A stretch of DNA of 38,867 bases from NCBI GenBank assembly GCA_008632985.1, contig QPGO01000166.1, positions 124,001-162,867 of the forward strand, given 5' to 3'. Below the pieces are notes generated by a model. That model saw only the letters and a program-made list of their open reading frames with translations, ran no database searches and was not told where the DNA came from. This document shows positions 10,261-21,390 of this stretch, piece by piece. Made by a program: the position numbers and the translations under genes. Numbering within the stretch: the stretch's first letter is position 1; each line of letters begins with the position of its first letter. Source of the DNA: Psammoneis japonica. Taxonomy: Eukaryota.

Positions 10261-12780
10261 GGAGTGCCACGTCTGCTCAAGTCCCACCGGGCAGCCTCAC
10301 ATTGCTGCTGTGCTTTTCAAAACATCCTCCATGGTGACTCCAACCCCAAACGACAATCAGTGCATTGCCTTGTCTTGAAGAACCCAGACTGTCAAGATGA
10401 ATGGTCAAACGCATCCACTTCTTGCTCACAACCAAGGTAAAATGAAAAATGACAATTCTGTCTGAGCACAAGAAGGTGAGAGCATGGTGCAAAAGAAACA
10501 GAAAAACACAATGCATGACACATGATTGTGCCAAGAACACACTTGCTCTGTCTTGACTCATCTCTGAGTGTTGTTTGTTGCGTGCAATGCCGCGCTGAAC
10601 AAGAGCCAGAAAACCTGTGCCAGTTGATTTGCTGTGGTCACATGGAGCACAGACTTGACTCAGCAGTGACATCACTCCAAAATCCATCTCAATCATTGCA
10701 AAAGCCACACTGGCACTTGCAGCGCAGACATCAAAATGCACAAATTAACACAGCCTGTGCTGAGCAGATCAGACAATGCTTGAGCACCCATGGCAGTGAG
10801 CACCTCGGCAAAGAGAAACACAAGCCATGCTTGCACATTGGCGCAGCATTGCTTGAGTTGATTGTCAGAACTGTGAGCAAATCAAAAGCCAAGCTGAGCT
10901 CATCATTGGGTGGCATGTCTTCCAGAAACATGCAAAGTCCACGGAATTTTGAGCTCTGTCACTTTCCGCAGCTGGCATGCTCTTGGTGCCTGGAAAATTT
11001 CTTCAATGTGCTGCAACTGGGTCGGATGATGTGGCAACTTTCAGATGTGTCAGAGCTGGCGCTGGCAACACAAATCTTCAAAGCAACAGTGGCAAGCCCA
11101 TCACAAGCATCGCGGTGAAATCTTTTTCTTTGTTGGCTGGTGCTTGGCTTGTGTGGTCCTGCAATGGTTGTGGCAACATCCAATCTTTGCAGACACACAC
11201 CAAGTGCAGAGATTTTTTGTTTCCAAACAGCTGATCATGGGTGCTCTGTTTGATTGTTGCAGCGTTGCCTTCTTTGTCCATCGCATGACTTTCCCGAACT
11301 CTGCGGTCACTCAATCTCTCTGCGAGTGCAATCAACACATTCTTAAAACCAATTTCTTTGGATTTCTCATGTGCAGCCTCAGCGAAAAATCCTGAGCCAC
11401 ATGTGCTGCACTTGCTGCTGTTGGCAAAGCCAGGATGGGCTTGTGTGCAGTCAAGATTTCCTTTTGTCTTTTGATTCTGTGTTGCTCAAGTTGAGTTGGA
11501 AGAGGCACAACTTCTTTCTTTTGGACCCTTTTGTGGGCTTGAAATGTCTTTCTGCAAACCAAAATGTGTTGACTCCAAGGCGCAAAAGTCTCAAATGCAC
11601 AGGACTTGTGCACCACCAAGCTCAGGTGGTCAGATGGCTTTCATGAGCTTTGTGTGCTGGTCTTTCACCATTGGGGACTCAGCTCAAGCAAAACTCTGTG
11701 TTTTTTGACAATGGACTTTTGCTGGAAATGCCGCTGGCTTTGAACTTTGAAACAACAGCAAGATCCCTTGCTTTTCCAGAGCAGCAGGCATGGAAAGAGG
11801 CTGGTTGGCGTGATTTGCTGGAGAATGAAAAAGCCACTGCTGCGTCAGTCTTCATGCTGAAACAACACGTTGCTTGCCTGCAGCACTCTGCTTTGATCTT
11901 CCTCATGATTTTTCACATTTTCTCAATTGTTCTGTTAAATCAGGTTGTGCCATGGTGGCAATCAAAATTGAAGGTGTGGTTAAAAAACATTGCAACAATG
12001 TTTGATGCCATGGCTTGAAGCACAACAGCAGTGCAGGCAGTGTCAACAAAGGTGTGAGAGCCGCGGCGGGATTCGAGATCATCAGCTGCTGCTGCTGTGC
12101 TTGGCTGTCAAGAAGCCCCCATGATCTTCTCATCACTGGGAAAGAAGCTGACATGTTCCTCATCAGAGCCCATGCTCTTTGTCTTGCAACTCGAGTGGCC
12201 CTGAGTTGCCAGCTTTGCACGTGGGAGAGAGCGCAAGTGTTGCATGTCGTCAGCCACAAAAAGGACCTTCTGACTTTAAAAGAGCAGGTGAAAACTGATG
12301 CTGCTGGCATTGCACTCAGCAGCTAGGATGCTGACTTCTCTGACAACAGGAAATGCATCACAGAAAGCTGCTCTGTTTCTTGCTCTCTCTCTCATCCGTG
12401 CGTGGATCACACAGCATGGAGCACACAGCACTGCCAAGCCACAAAAGCCAAACTTTTCCCAAACTCTGGATCCATTCAAAGCTCCCAAAACAACTTCACT
12501 AAAAGTGACAGGTGATGCCAGAACAAGAGTGGTGTCAACACTGGCAGGCTGGGCAGCTGCGGGCCCTGTCGCATCACACAGCTTTTTTGGCAGCTGCTCC
12601 TCTGCCCTTTTCCGGGGGGGGGGGGGGTTTCTTGAGAGAGATGGAGAGAAAACTTTCAAAATCTTTCTGCCTGAGAGTGCTCCTAACCCTCTAAGCCACC
12701 ACAATGTCTAGCCAGTCCTGTGTCCAGCAGCAAGTGGACACTCTCCATCCCACGGACTGTCCAAATGACAATGCATGAAG
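10261..12780. other. TpA/CpG-depleted hypermutated island 1 (decayed repeat or gene relic)
   Basis: About 8 TA dinucleotides in 10261-12660 by manual count; TG/CA excess; ORFs here are Cys/His-rich and lack Tyr. Confidence 0.85.
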
Positions 12781-13211
12781 AATGACATGCCTTCGCGCCC
12801 ATTGGTGGGTTTTGCGATGCCAAATCGCGCGGGAAAGAGGTGACATCGTCAATTTCAGACTTCCGAATGACGAAAGAATTAACAAAATAATCTATGAATA
12901 TTGGATAAAATTTTATTTATTGGAGTTGGCCACGTCAGTCGATGGACTTATGGAAGGGCTTCATGTCCTGGACCAATCAGAATCGATCATCTCGCTTCCA
13001 GCTGGTGTCAGCATCTTGGTGGCGCAGGAAAACGCCAATCGCCTATCGCGACACGAGGTAGGACAGCTTCCGACTTCTCCCGTCCCATGTCAGTCTTGTG
13101 TTGTGGTGTCGGCGTGGCCAATCGCTTCGGGATTGCGTTGGTAAAACTTCTGTACAAGACGAGAGCAGCAACTGCTCCCATAAACTTCCACAAAAATTGC
13201 GAAGGTCAAGA

Positions 13212-14240
13212 ATGACGATCGACAACACCCAGAGCACGAGATCACGACCAAGATCATGGAGGTCGTCGCTTCAGCTGTGCTTGTTTGCATACTTTGCTGT
13301 TGTCAGAATGACTGATGGTTTTGCACCAATAATGACGCCGGCAGCTGTACAGAAAAGTCTAGCGGGCAAAGACGCCTCTACTTTAGGTTATCGAGAGTCT
13401 AAGTCATCGCAGAAGGTATCTCGACAAACAATACGTCCCTCAACAGCTCTCTCGGTATGGTGGTTTGGGGGTACAGAAGAACCAGCTGACGACGGCGCCG
13501 ACTCGTGTGAGTTGGTGGCGGTAAGGATCGAGAGAACATCGGCAAACTCCAGGCGTATCGCGGGAGAGATTACCGTTCCTACCTCGTTTCAAGACGTGTG
13601 GGCCATACTTACAGATTACGATAGGCTATCTATCCACGTGCCGAACTTGGTTGAAAGTCGTAGGCTTCCTGCAAGATTGTCTGCAGGAGAGCAGGGCGAC
13701 GGGCAATACAAGTGTCGTCTCTATCAGAAGGGCGCACAAAAGATTGTAGGTTTCGAATTTGGTGCCAGCGTGACGATGGATATGGCAGAAAGTGTCTCAA
13801 GCTCACTTGAGAGAAAAATCGCTTTCAAATGTGTCGAAAGCCCTTTCTTTTCAGAATTTGATGGGGAATGGAAGGTAACAGAGGCTCTGGACGAAAACGG
13901 CGAACCGCAATGTACAGTTTCATATGTAGTGGATGTCCGTCCTCGAGGCCCTGTCCCTGTTGCAGCACTGGAGTGGCGTATCCGAGAGGATGTTCCAACG
14001 AACCTTCGCGCAGTAAAACGTGCTGCTTCAGAAGTCGGTCTTGAAGGTGTTCTTGCAGCGCGCCAACCACGTCGACGACCTGTTGCAGCAGTGCGAGACA
14101 ATTTACAAAGAAACGCCCAAGCGGTGCGAAAGTATGTTGGTCAAGCGGTCTCAAAGTCACAGACTCCCAGGTTGAGCCCAGTTGCAGTAGATGCGCAGAC
14201 CGAATGGGGTGACGATGAAACCATGGCGGCGTACCTATAA
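13212..14240 (+). CDS. Plastid-targeted START-like polyketide cyclase/dehydrase (SRPBCC) protein
   Basis: RRIAGEITV...VWAILTDYDRLSIHVPNLVES...FSEFDGEW...IREDVPTNLRAV; signal peptide ending TDG-FAP (ASAFAP-type). Confidence 0.85.
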   Translation: MTIDNTQSTRSRPRSWRSSLQLCLFAYFAVVRMTDGFAPIMTPAAVQKSLAGKDASTLGYRESKSSQKVSRQTIRPSTALSVWWFGGTEEPADDGADSCELVAVRIERTSANSRRIAGEITVPTSFQDVWAILTDYDRLSIHVPNLVESRRLPARLSAGEQGDGQYKCRLYQKGAQKIVGFEFGASVTMDMAESVSSSLERKIAFKCVESPFFSEFDGEWKVTEALDENGEPQCTVSYVVDVRPRGPVPVAALEWRIREDVPTNLRAVKRAASEVGLEGVLAARQPRRRPVAAVRDNLQRNAQAVRKYVGQAVSKSQTPRLSPVAVDAQTEWGDDETMAAYL

Positions 14241-14336
14241 AAATGTACTTATGCCACCCTAGAAAACGCTAAACATTTGAACAATGATAATTCATAGACA
14301 GAATCCGTTGTATTACAAATGCATACCCTCTAGGGT

Positions 14337-14924
14337 TTATCCGTCTTTGTCCGAGTCCGCCATGTACTTTCTTCGCAGATACTCAAGCTCCTCATCCTCG
14401 GACATGTTTCTTGTTGCGACAACGTCGGGATGTCGAGATGATGGTGGTTCGTAATCTATTCCAAGCCAATTTACCGCCTGCTGCCGTTTTCTTGGTGCCC
14501 ATATCCTCAAGCGAGACACAGCTTCCTCCACAGATTCGCATTCAAAGGCGTATAGCAGACCTTGGGAAGAAAGTTACAAGTCGTAATGAGATCAAGCAGA
14601 TACACCCTTTCTGCTTTGTTTTGTTTTGTCAAAGAACGTACCTGCACCTATCAAGCCAGCACCACCAACACTTAATATTGAGCCGAGCACCAACGCCCTA
14701 GACGCAAGCACGGGTCCCTCGGCCGCCGCCCGGCGCATTGCAATTTCGCAGCCTTTGTCTTCAATCATTGCGGTTTGTATTTGGTGCCGATATCCAGCGT
14801 ATGCGCCCACACATAATGGCAATGAAGAACCAATTAGAAATTGAGACAGGCTCAATGATAAAGGAAGGTCCTTGCTAGAACTATGATTCTGTTGAGACTC
14901 GTCTAATCGCTCTCTCGCCTTCAT
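14337..14924 (-). CDS. Small two-helix membrane protein, TMEM242/DUF1358-like; intron 14561-14641
   Basis: A GTACGT...CCAAG intron joins two ORFs in frame; GPVLASRALVLGSILSVGG resembles the TMEM242 LALRALGWGS motif. Confidence 0.6.
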
Positions 14925-15073
14925 GGTTCGTCGTTCGTCGTGATGTGAACTGTGTGAAGTTTTTTCAATATTTTGTGTGTTCGTTCGTCCGTCGGTCGAC
15001 TCCTCACCGTTCGTCGCGAGTTAGCTTTATGGCTGGTACTCTACTCTCTCTAAACTACACTTCTACTCTCTAG

Positions 15074-15076
<3 letters not shown>

Positions 15077-15112
<36 letters not shown>
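15077..15112. repeat. (AG)18 microsatellite within CTAC/CTAG/GTAG-rich quasi-palindromic flanks
   Basis: Directly visible. Confidence 0.95.
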
Positions 15113-15118
<6 letters not shown>

Positions 15119-15436
15119 CTAGAGAGTAGATAGCAGTTGCGACTAGTAGAGAGTCCTATCTAGTTAATGAGGCATCATCACCATTTCCATCTTGAAGCTC
15201 GATCCTTGTGTAGGCTTTTAACAATCACCATACAGATCAGCACAACTGCTCGTTTGATTACTCTCAAGTTCAGGCTTCGATGACAATAATCAACAGCAAT
15301 GTACTGTAGTAAACCATCCCTAGAGAATATTCCTTATTTTTTGTGAATGTCTGAACGATTGCAAGCAGCGCGCATCGGGAACACATTGCGTTTTCCCCTG
15401 CTATTGCGAAAATTTCATGTAAAGCCATCGATGTCG

Positions 15437-16630
15437 TCACGGAGGTTTTGGAAGTGTGGCAGGAGACTTGGCAAGTGGCACAGGAGTTTTCGCTCTATTC
15501 ACAGGAGCAGCAGCACCGGGTGACTCTGTTGGTTTCTTTTCGTGGTTGCCGGGTGTGGGAGATTTAGCAGCAGCGGCCGGCGATGGTGGAGTTTCACCAT
15601 TTTCGTTGGTTGCTTCGGCCATTTGCTCAGGGTCCTTCACATCCTCGTTATTGTCCTCTTCATCACTCTCTTCATCGTCTGAAGAAGCAAAGGGTGCAAC
15701 CCCGACGCCTAGTTTTCCCGTTAAGCGCACTCCCCAAGCTTCTAAAGGGCGTACCAAGTCTCTCAATAGCAGTGTGTAGCGAGCTTCGTCGTCTTCCTCC
15801 TCGTTGAGCGCTTCGCTGGCGTCTTCTCCTTCTTCTACTTCGCTATCGTCACCATAAATATCATCATAATAGGCTTCCTCTTCATCTAGCGAGTCCTCCG
15901 AGGCCTCATCGTCTACTTCATCGGCACTCTTGGCAGCAGGCTTCTTGTTTCCATTCTCGCCTCCGCTAGTTTCAGCCGTTTTCTTCTTTTTCTTTGATTT
16001 TGCTGGAGAAGTTGTTGCAGGTGCAGCTCCCGCTTTAGCAAGCTTGTTGGCAGCTTCAATAGCAGCAAGATTCGATTTTCGTCTTGCCTCCGCTCTAGCA
16101 AGCTTCCGTCGCTGCCGATCATCCGAGTCTTCTTTGTATTGTTTCAAGTGCCGTCTTCTCTTTCGTGAGTATTCTCTCTCCAACTCTGCCCCCTTGAGAC
16201 GTTGATCGCGACAAGCTACAGCTTGTTGCAGTACGGTTGCCAAAAACTGATCTGCGGATGCCGAAGCTACAGCCGACACTGTTTCGTCCAAGTACCCAAC
16301 CCCTTGCCTCTGCAGCATTCGCCGTGAGAGAGCAGTCGGGACAGTTGGACCACCTTCCTCTTCCGGAGACACATTGTCGTCCCGCCGTTGTATTTTATGC
16401 AAGAAGTTTTGTAGTTGCTTATCTTCTGCAAGCATGGCAGCCGCTGCAGCCTGCTGCGGAGTGGGTCGAACCGGAGGAGCATTGGTGGCAGCAGCCTGAG
16501 CGTTTGCTTTTCCCGATACGCCAGCAGCCGGTGCACTCGGAGACGGCGATGACACTGCAGGAGCTCCTGCAGCAGCAATAGGAGGCAATCCCATCTTCTC
16601 CCGCTGGATCTCAATCATTCGCTCGCTCAT
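15437..16630 (-). CDS. TAF10-like (TFIID 30 kDa) histone-fold protein with a large charged insertion
   Basis: PTVPTALSRRMLQRQGV...ASADQFLATVLQQA and RYTLLLRDLVRPLEAWGV match the two parts of the TAF10 histone fold. Confidence 0.7.
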   Translation of the reverse strand: MSERMIEIQREKMGLPPIAAAGAPAVSSPSPSAPAAGVSGKANAQAAATNAPPVRPTPQQAAAAAMLAEDKQLQNFLHKIQRRDDNVSPEEEGGPTVPTALSRRMLQRQGVGYLDETVSAVASASADQFLATVLQQAVACRDQRLKGAELEREYSRKRRRHLKQYKEDSDDRQRRKLARAEARRKSNLAAIEAANKLAKAGAAPATTSPAKSKKKKKTAETSGGENGNKKPAAKSADEVDDEASEDSLDEEEAYYDDIYGDDSEVEEGEDASEALNEEEDDEARYTLLLRDLVRPLEAWGVRLTGKLGVGVAPFASSDDEESDEEDNNEDVKDPEQMAEATNENGETPPSPAAAAKSPTPGNHEKKPTESPGAAAPVNRAKTPVPLAKSPATLPKPP

Positions 16631-17409
16631 GGTTGCTTTGTTTTGAGCTTTCCGATGTATATATTATATGTAATCTATCTTGAAGGAGCCTCGATTGAGC
16701 TGCTCAATCAACACTAGCCTTCAGTTGTAGCCCTCTCTATCTCGTCACCTTCATAATCTTACACTTTACACAAACACAGTTTTATTCCGATTCTAGGTTT
16801 TCTTTGAAGCTTCAACGAGCAAGTGGATTGCTTGCCTATCGTCGACGTGTAAATCAGCGACACTTCGGCGGCTTTGTACTTCCAATCCCAAATCCGATAG
16901 GTCGCGTGTCAATCGCCTCTTGGGTTAGCGCTTCCTTGGTCGACACTTTCCAGTGATTATAAGTACAGGGTAGCTCGGGAGAGTTAAAGCACAGGAAGGA
17001 AGAACTTTTTGCGATGAGACGAGACCCGGCAAGCAGCAAGCTGTGGCAATGGGCTCGGAGCTTTGCAGCAGTGCTTGGCCTTTCGTGCTTCGTGTGGTGG
17101 TGAAACGTGTGCGGCTTTTGTACGGTATCTTCAAGCGGGCTGGTGGAGGGAGTTTTTGCGCGCCAAAGTTCCATTTTAGATTATCCAGACCTGAGCACAT
17201 TATTTATAACATTACATCAGGAATCTACAAGAATGAAAATTTGGAAAAACTGGAGTGGGCGGAAGGACCACAGTTGGGACATGGAACAGGGCCCATCATG
17301 TTCTCCCGTCTTCCAACGTCATCTTGAATCGAAGTCGACTCCCCTTGTGCTACACCACAAATCTACCCCTTCTGCCAAGGCAGGGGCAAGGTGCAGAAGC
17401 AATCAATAA

Positions 17410-18969
17410 GAGCCAAAGAAAAAGATGCACAAGGCAGTCTGGTGGGGAGACTCGCTGTCCAAACAAAACAAGAAACAAGCAGAAGCCTCGAGAAAGGCAA
17501 CTTCCCCAACAAGAAGCACTCAAGCAAGCAAAAGCCATCAGGCCCTCTGCCTGTCTGTCTGTCTTGAGTTCACATGTTCTTCCCAGTTTGATGACAACCA
17601 CCATGTTGAAGTTGAGTGTGGCAACAACTGCGCCACTTTTCCACCCTCTCCATTGGCGGTGGCACGTGCCGCAGAGTGTCTTTTGTGGTGCTGCGGGAAA
17701 GACCACCACAAAGAAGAAAAGTGCTGACAGCAGCACCCCAGCTGGTTCTGTCCTTCCATTTGGTTGGGAAGAGAACAACTTTGCCAATTGCACATGCTGT
17801 CGTCTGCTGTGCCCAACAACATCCTGGTTTTTGCCACCACCCTCTCGCACACGAACAAGCAAAAATGTGCACACACACTGGTTGTGTGCTCCATCAACAC
17901 CTGATGACATTCACCACAGTGCCAGCAATGCTTGGAGGCTTCTTGGCCCCAACTTTGACACAGCGAACATGTGCCATGATTTGTGACGGATGTTTTGTGA
18001 AAGATGTTTGTCACAATCACGACAGACATTCAAGCCATTTGAGTTTTAGCTGGATGATTTGGCTTCTCAATCTCCACAATGAGCACAGGTTTCTTGGCCC
18101 TGTGGTCTCATTGCGGCATGCACCCACCATGATTTGCAATGATTGTTTTGCAAAGGACACTTGCACAATGCCCACGGCGGACACTCAAACCTTCTTTGTT
18201 CCTGCCAGACAGTGTCTCAACCCTGCAAAGAAAAAAGCTTGATTCCCATGCACACACACACACAGCTGCAAAAGCAGGGAAGACAAATGCGCACTTGTCT
18301 TTGGAAAGTTGTCAGATTTTGCTGATCATCGGCACCATTGCCAAACTGAAAACTTGGGCTGGCACACACAATTTTGTGTGGGCACTCACTGAGCTGGGTG
18401 CACAGGCAAAATGAGCATCGCTTGATGAACACAATGTCTCAAATTTTGCACCCAAGCAAACCACAAAGCAAACTGACAAGGATGCTGTGCAGAAGAGCAA
18501 GCAGCAACAAGCAGAGCAAGGTCAGCAACAATGCCATCTTGGAGCCCCTGGGTGCTTTGCTCACCACCTCCTCTGTCAAAACAATCAAGAACATGCCCAG
18601 CTCCTGCTCTGCTGCCAGCCCCACCCTGGACATGCAAAGCTTCTTTCCAACACCCATCAGCACACACTGCCTGCATTCATGCCCAGCTGTTTCCATCTGG
18701 ACTGCTCCCTGCTGCTGCAGAGCCGATTGGTCCAAAGCCACTTTGTGCACTTTGCACTCCCATTGTGCCTCTTGTTCCCCACACACAATGGGGATCACAA
18801 AGCCTCAGTCTTGCCATCACCAAAGCACTCTCTGACCAACTTCTCAAGAACTGCATGCCCAACTTGCTGCTCCACCTCTGAGGGGGGGTCCCTGCCCACA
18901 TGACACCGCAGCCGGCCGTTTCACCCTGCTGCACCACCAGGTGCCCTGAGAGAGAGCAGCGGGCCCTCA
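17410..18969. other. TpA/CpG-depleted hypermutated island 2
   Basis: One TA (TTAG, ~18047) seen in about 1560 bp; TA-rich sequence resumes abruptly at 18970. Confidence 0.88.
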
Positions 18970-19240
18970 TAGTCTACAGTAGAGTCTATTTCATGAGCTC
19001 CAGCTAGAAGATCCACGTAAAATTGAATAAAAAAGAGCTCGATGTTACATTGATAATTGGATGAACAGATGCACATTTGTCATGTAGACTGAAATGTGCT
19101 TATGACACACTGGCAGGAGCAAACATGCTGTAGCAAAGACATTGCAAAAAAGTTGTGTAACGTTTAGCTGGCTGCCCCAAGCATAAGACCCGCACACCAC
19201 ATCCACACCAAAAGAAATGGTGTACTCATTGCACCAGAAG

Positions 19241-21116
19241 TCATAGCTTCCCCGGGACTATCAGTAGAACCTCGAGTTGGACTAATGGTAGGAGCCCGAG
19301 TTGGACCACAGTAGCTCTACTATCTCCTGCAAAGGCCTGGACCACGTCCACGAGCTGTCGACTGCCAGCGATCGATTCTGCCAAGTCCTGAAACTCCGGC
19401 GTGACCTCATCAATCTGTTGGACCGTCACGACAGTGCGCGGAAAGCGCTGCATTGATACGAATCAGCAAAATTTTGACACTTTGTCCTGCACGAACCAAA
19501 AGTTGTCAATTGTGGAAGTGGAAAAATGCTCGTAGTAACATTGGGTGCGTCCAGTATGAGCATGGCACTTCCGCGCAAAGTGGACTCGTCCAACGCCTCA
19601 AAAATTTGCATAGATCGACGAGGATTCGTTTCAGCGGGAGTATCCGTCAAGAAGGATGGGCCCCAAAATAAGTCACCTGGTTCGACGGTAGCCGGTGCAA
19701 AGTAGCCCAAGAAGTGAACGGATCGGTCCTCGACAAACTCGTAGCTGCACAGAATGACCTTTATCGTTTCATCGATTGATCCCCTTCGAGCTTGTCCAAT
19801 GTTAATGCTAGTGACTGGGCGTCCGTAAAACCTCCATCTACGACTCTCGTGCCCCCAAAGTGAGGCGCCAACTCATTGAGTTCCGGGAGGGTCTCGTAGA
19901 CGGAACCGAGGGTAGTTTGCAGGAGATTTCCGATGAAAGAGGCTGTGGCTTTTTCTACTTGTTCAAGCAACTCAAGGATGACGGAATGGCTCCGCGCATA
20001 AAGAGATGGTGCACCAGGGAGAAGGCGGAGTATGTAGCCGAGGTGGCCGAAGCAAGTTGCGCAATTCTCGGATTCGGAGAAAAGTTAACGATTGGTGTCC
20101 CACTTTGCGTCGTCTGCTTCGTCAATCGAGTAATATTCGTTACTTTTCCGAGGTTGATGGGTGGATACAAGTAGTATTCAGACCAATCCGTCAGGTTGTA
20201 GTTGCTCGGTGCCTGGTAGGTCCGAGTGACAAAGGGCAGTCCCCCCTCGTCTACCGCGTATTCGTAGTAGCTCTGATCACCGTAATGACGTGCTGGAAAG
20301 CGATGGGATGCGAGTAGACTTGAGTGGGATCATTGCTTGGTCCGGCTGTTACTAGTTCTTGTCCGAGCCGAGCAACGGGCAACGAGGACAGCTGAACGTG
20401 AATCTATGCATTTCGAAAAGGTGCGGTTAGGCTGTCCGCGTCCGCCAGGTGATCGATTAAACCGGGGTCCCCGTAGAAGGTCGACGTTGTATTGAGCATG
20501 GACTCTACAAAAGAATTCCAGCTGAAGCCAAAGGGGGGCAGGAGGTTGCAAAATCAAAGAGAAACTGAAACGACTCGTCCAACGAAGCAGGGAGAGAAAA
20601 AATCTGCGAACAGCGAGGATCCGTCACATCCGGAGAGAGAATCTCGCGATAAGCTTCCATCCACCCACCATCGAAGGATCGCACCATTGATGGATCAAAT
20701 CGAGAGGACCCGATCGAGGAAAGATTCGGAGTGAGCCGCTTGTATCGAGAACCAACTCCCACCCGAGTTTGAAGACATGGCATCGAACTTGGTTGACACT
20801 CGAGAGATGAGACCAGCTTGATAAAACGTCGACATGAAACCATAAGATGCTGTCATTGCTCTCCAACCTCCACCAGGGTTGGCGTATATTAAGACGGAAG
20901 CATCATCATCACCACGAGAAACATACAAAAGCGGGGATAACAGGATAAGCGCTGCAAATCCAGTGTTGCTTCGGAAGATCCACCCTCGCCTGTATCCAAA
21001 CTTCTTCAATATCTTTGCCCTTGCGCCGGGTAGCGATGCTGAAGCTTTGGTGTCTGAGTCGAAGCAAAGCCACGGAGCGTGAGTTTCAGTATTTCTGATT
21101 GACGCGAACCCATCAT
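19241..21116 (-). pseudogene. Patatin/lysophospholipase-like gene with many frameshifts (pseudogene or assembly errors)
   Basis: PGGGWRAM oxyanion motif, SSNSGGSW nucleophile elbow and VDGGFTD catalytic Asp motif lie in successive different frames; N-terminal hydrophobic anchor. Start uncertain. Confidence 0.7.
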
Positions 21117-21282
21117 AGAGTCGACAGAAACGAAAAATTGGCGTGCATTAGCATCGTTGGAGGCAACGCAAGTCACGTTCCGCATTTTGAGTACAAAACA
21201 CCTACCCCGGCTGTTCTTTCAAGCTTTCTTTACTGCTGTTCATTTTCATCTCGGTGAAGTATAAAACGTCACGATTTGGCCC

Positions 21283-21390
21283 ATTTCCCAGTGTGCAGTC
21301 AATTTGATCTGGCTCGCATCAAATGCACGATTTGCTCAATTTCCCAGCATACTCTCAATTTGATCTTGCTCGTATCAAATACACCATGTG
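21283..21390 (+). repeat. Diverged tandem duplication, 56-bp period, two copies
   Basis: atttcccagtgtgcagtcaatttgatctggctcgcatcaaatgcac versus atttcccagcatactctcaatttgatcttgctcgtatcaaatacac. Confidence 0.9.

Noticed and set aside
12682..12697. Telomere-like CCTAACCCT
   Set aside because: A single imperfect unit, expected by chance.
10277..12711. Many overlapping Cys/His-rich ORFs in all six frames here and in the other islands, resembling metal-binding proteins
   Set aside because: Loss of TA removes TAA/TAG stops and Tyr codons and inflates TGY/CAY, so these ORFs are compositional artefacts.
17288..18968. AGGGCCC/GGGCCCT as terminal inverted repeats of island 2
   Set aside because: Only 7 bp, largely a self-palindrome, with no target-site duplication.
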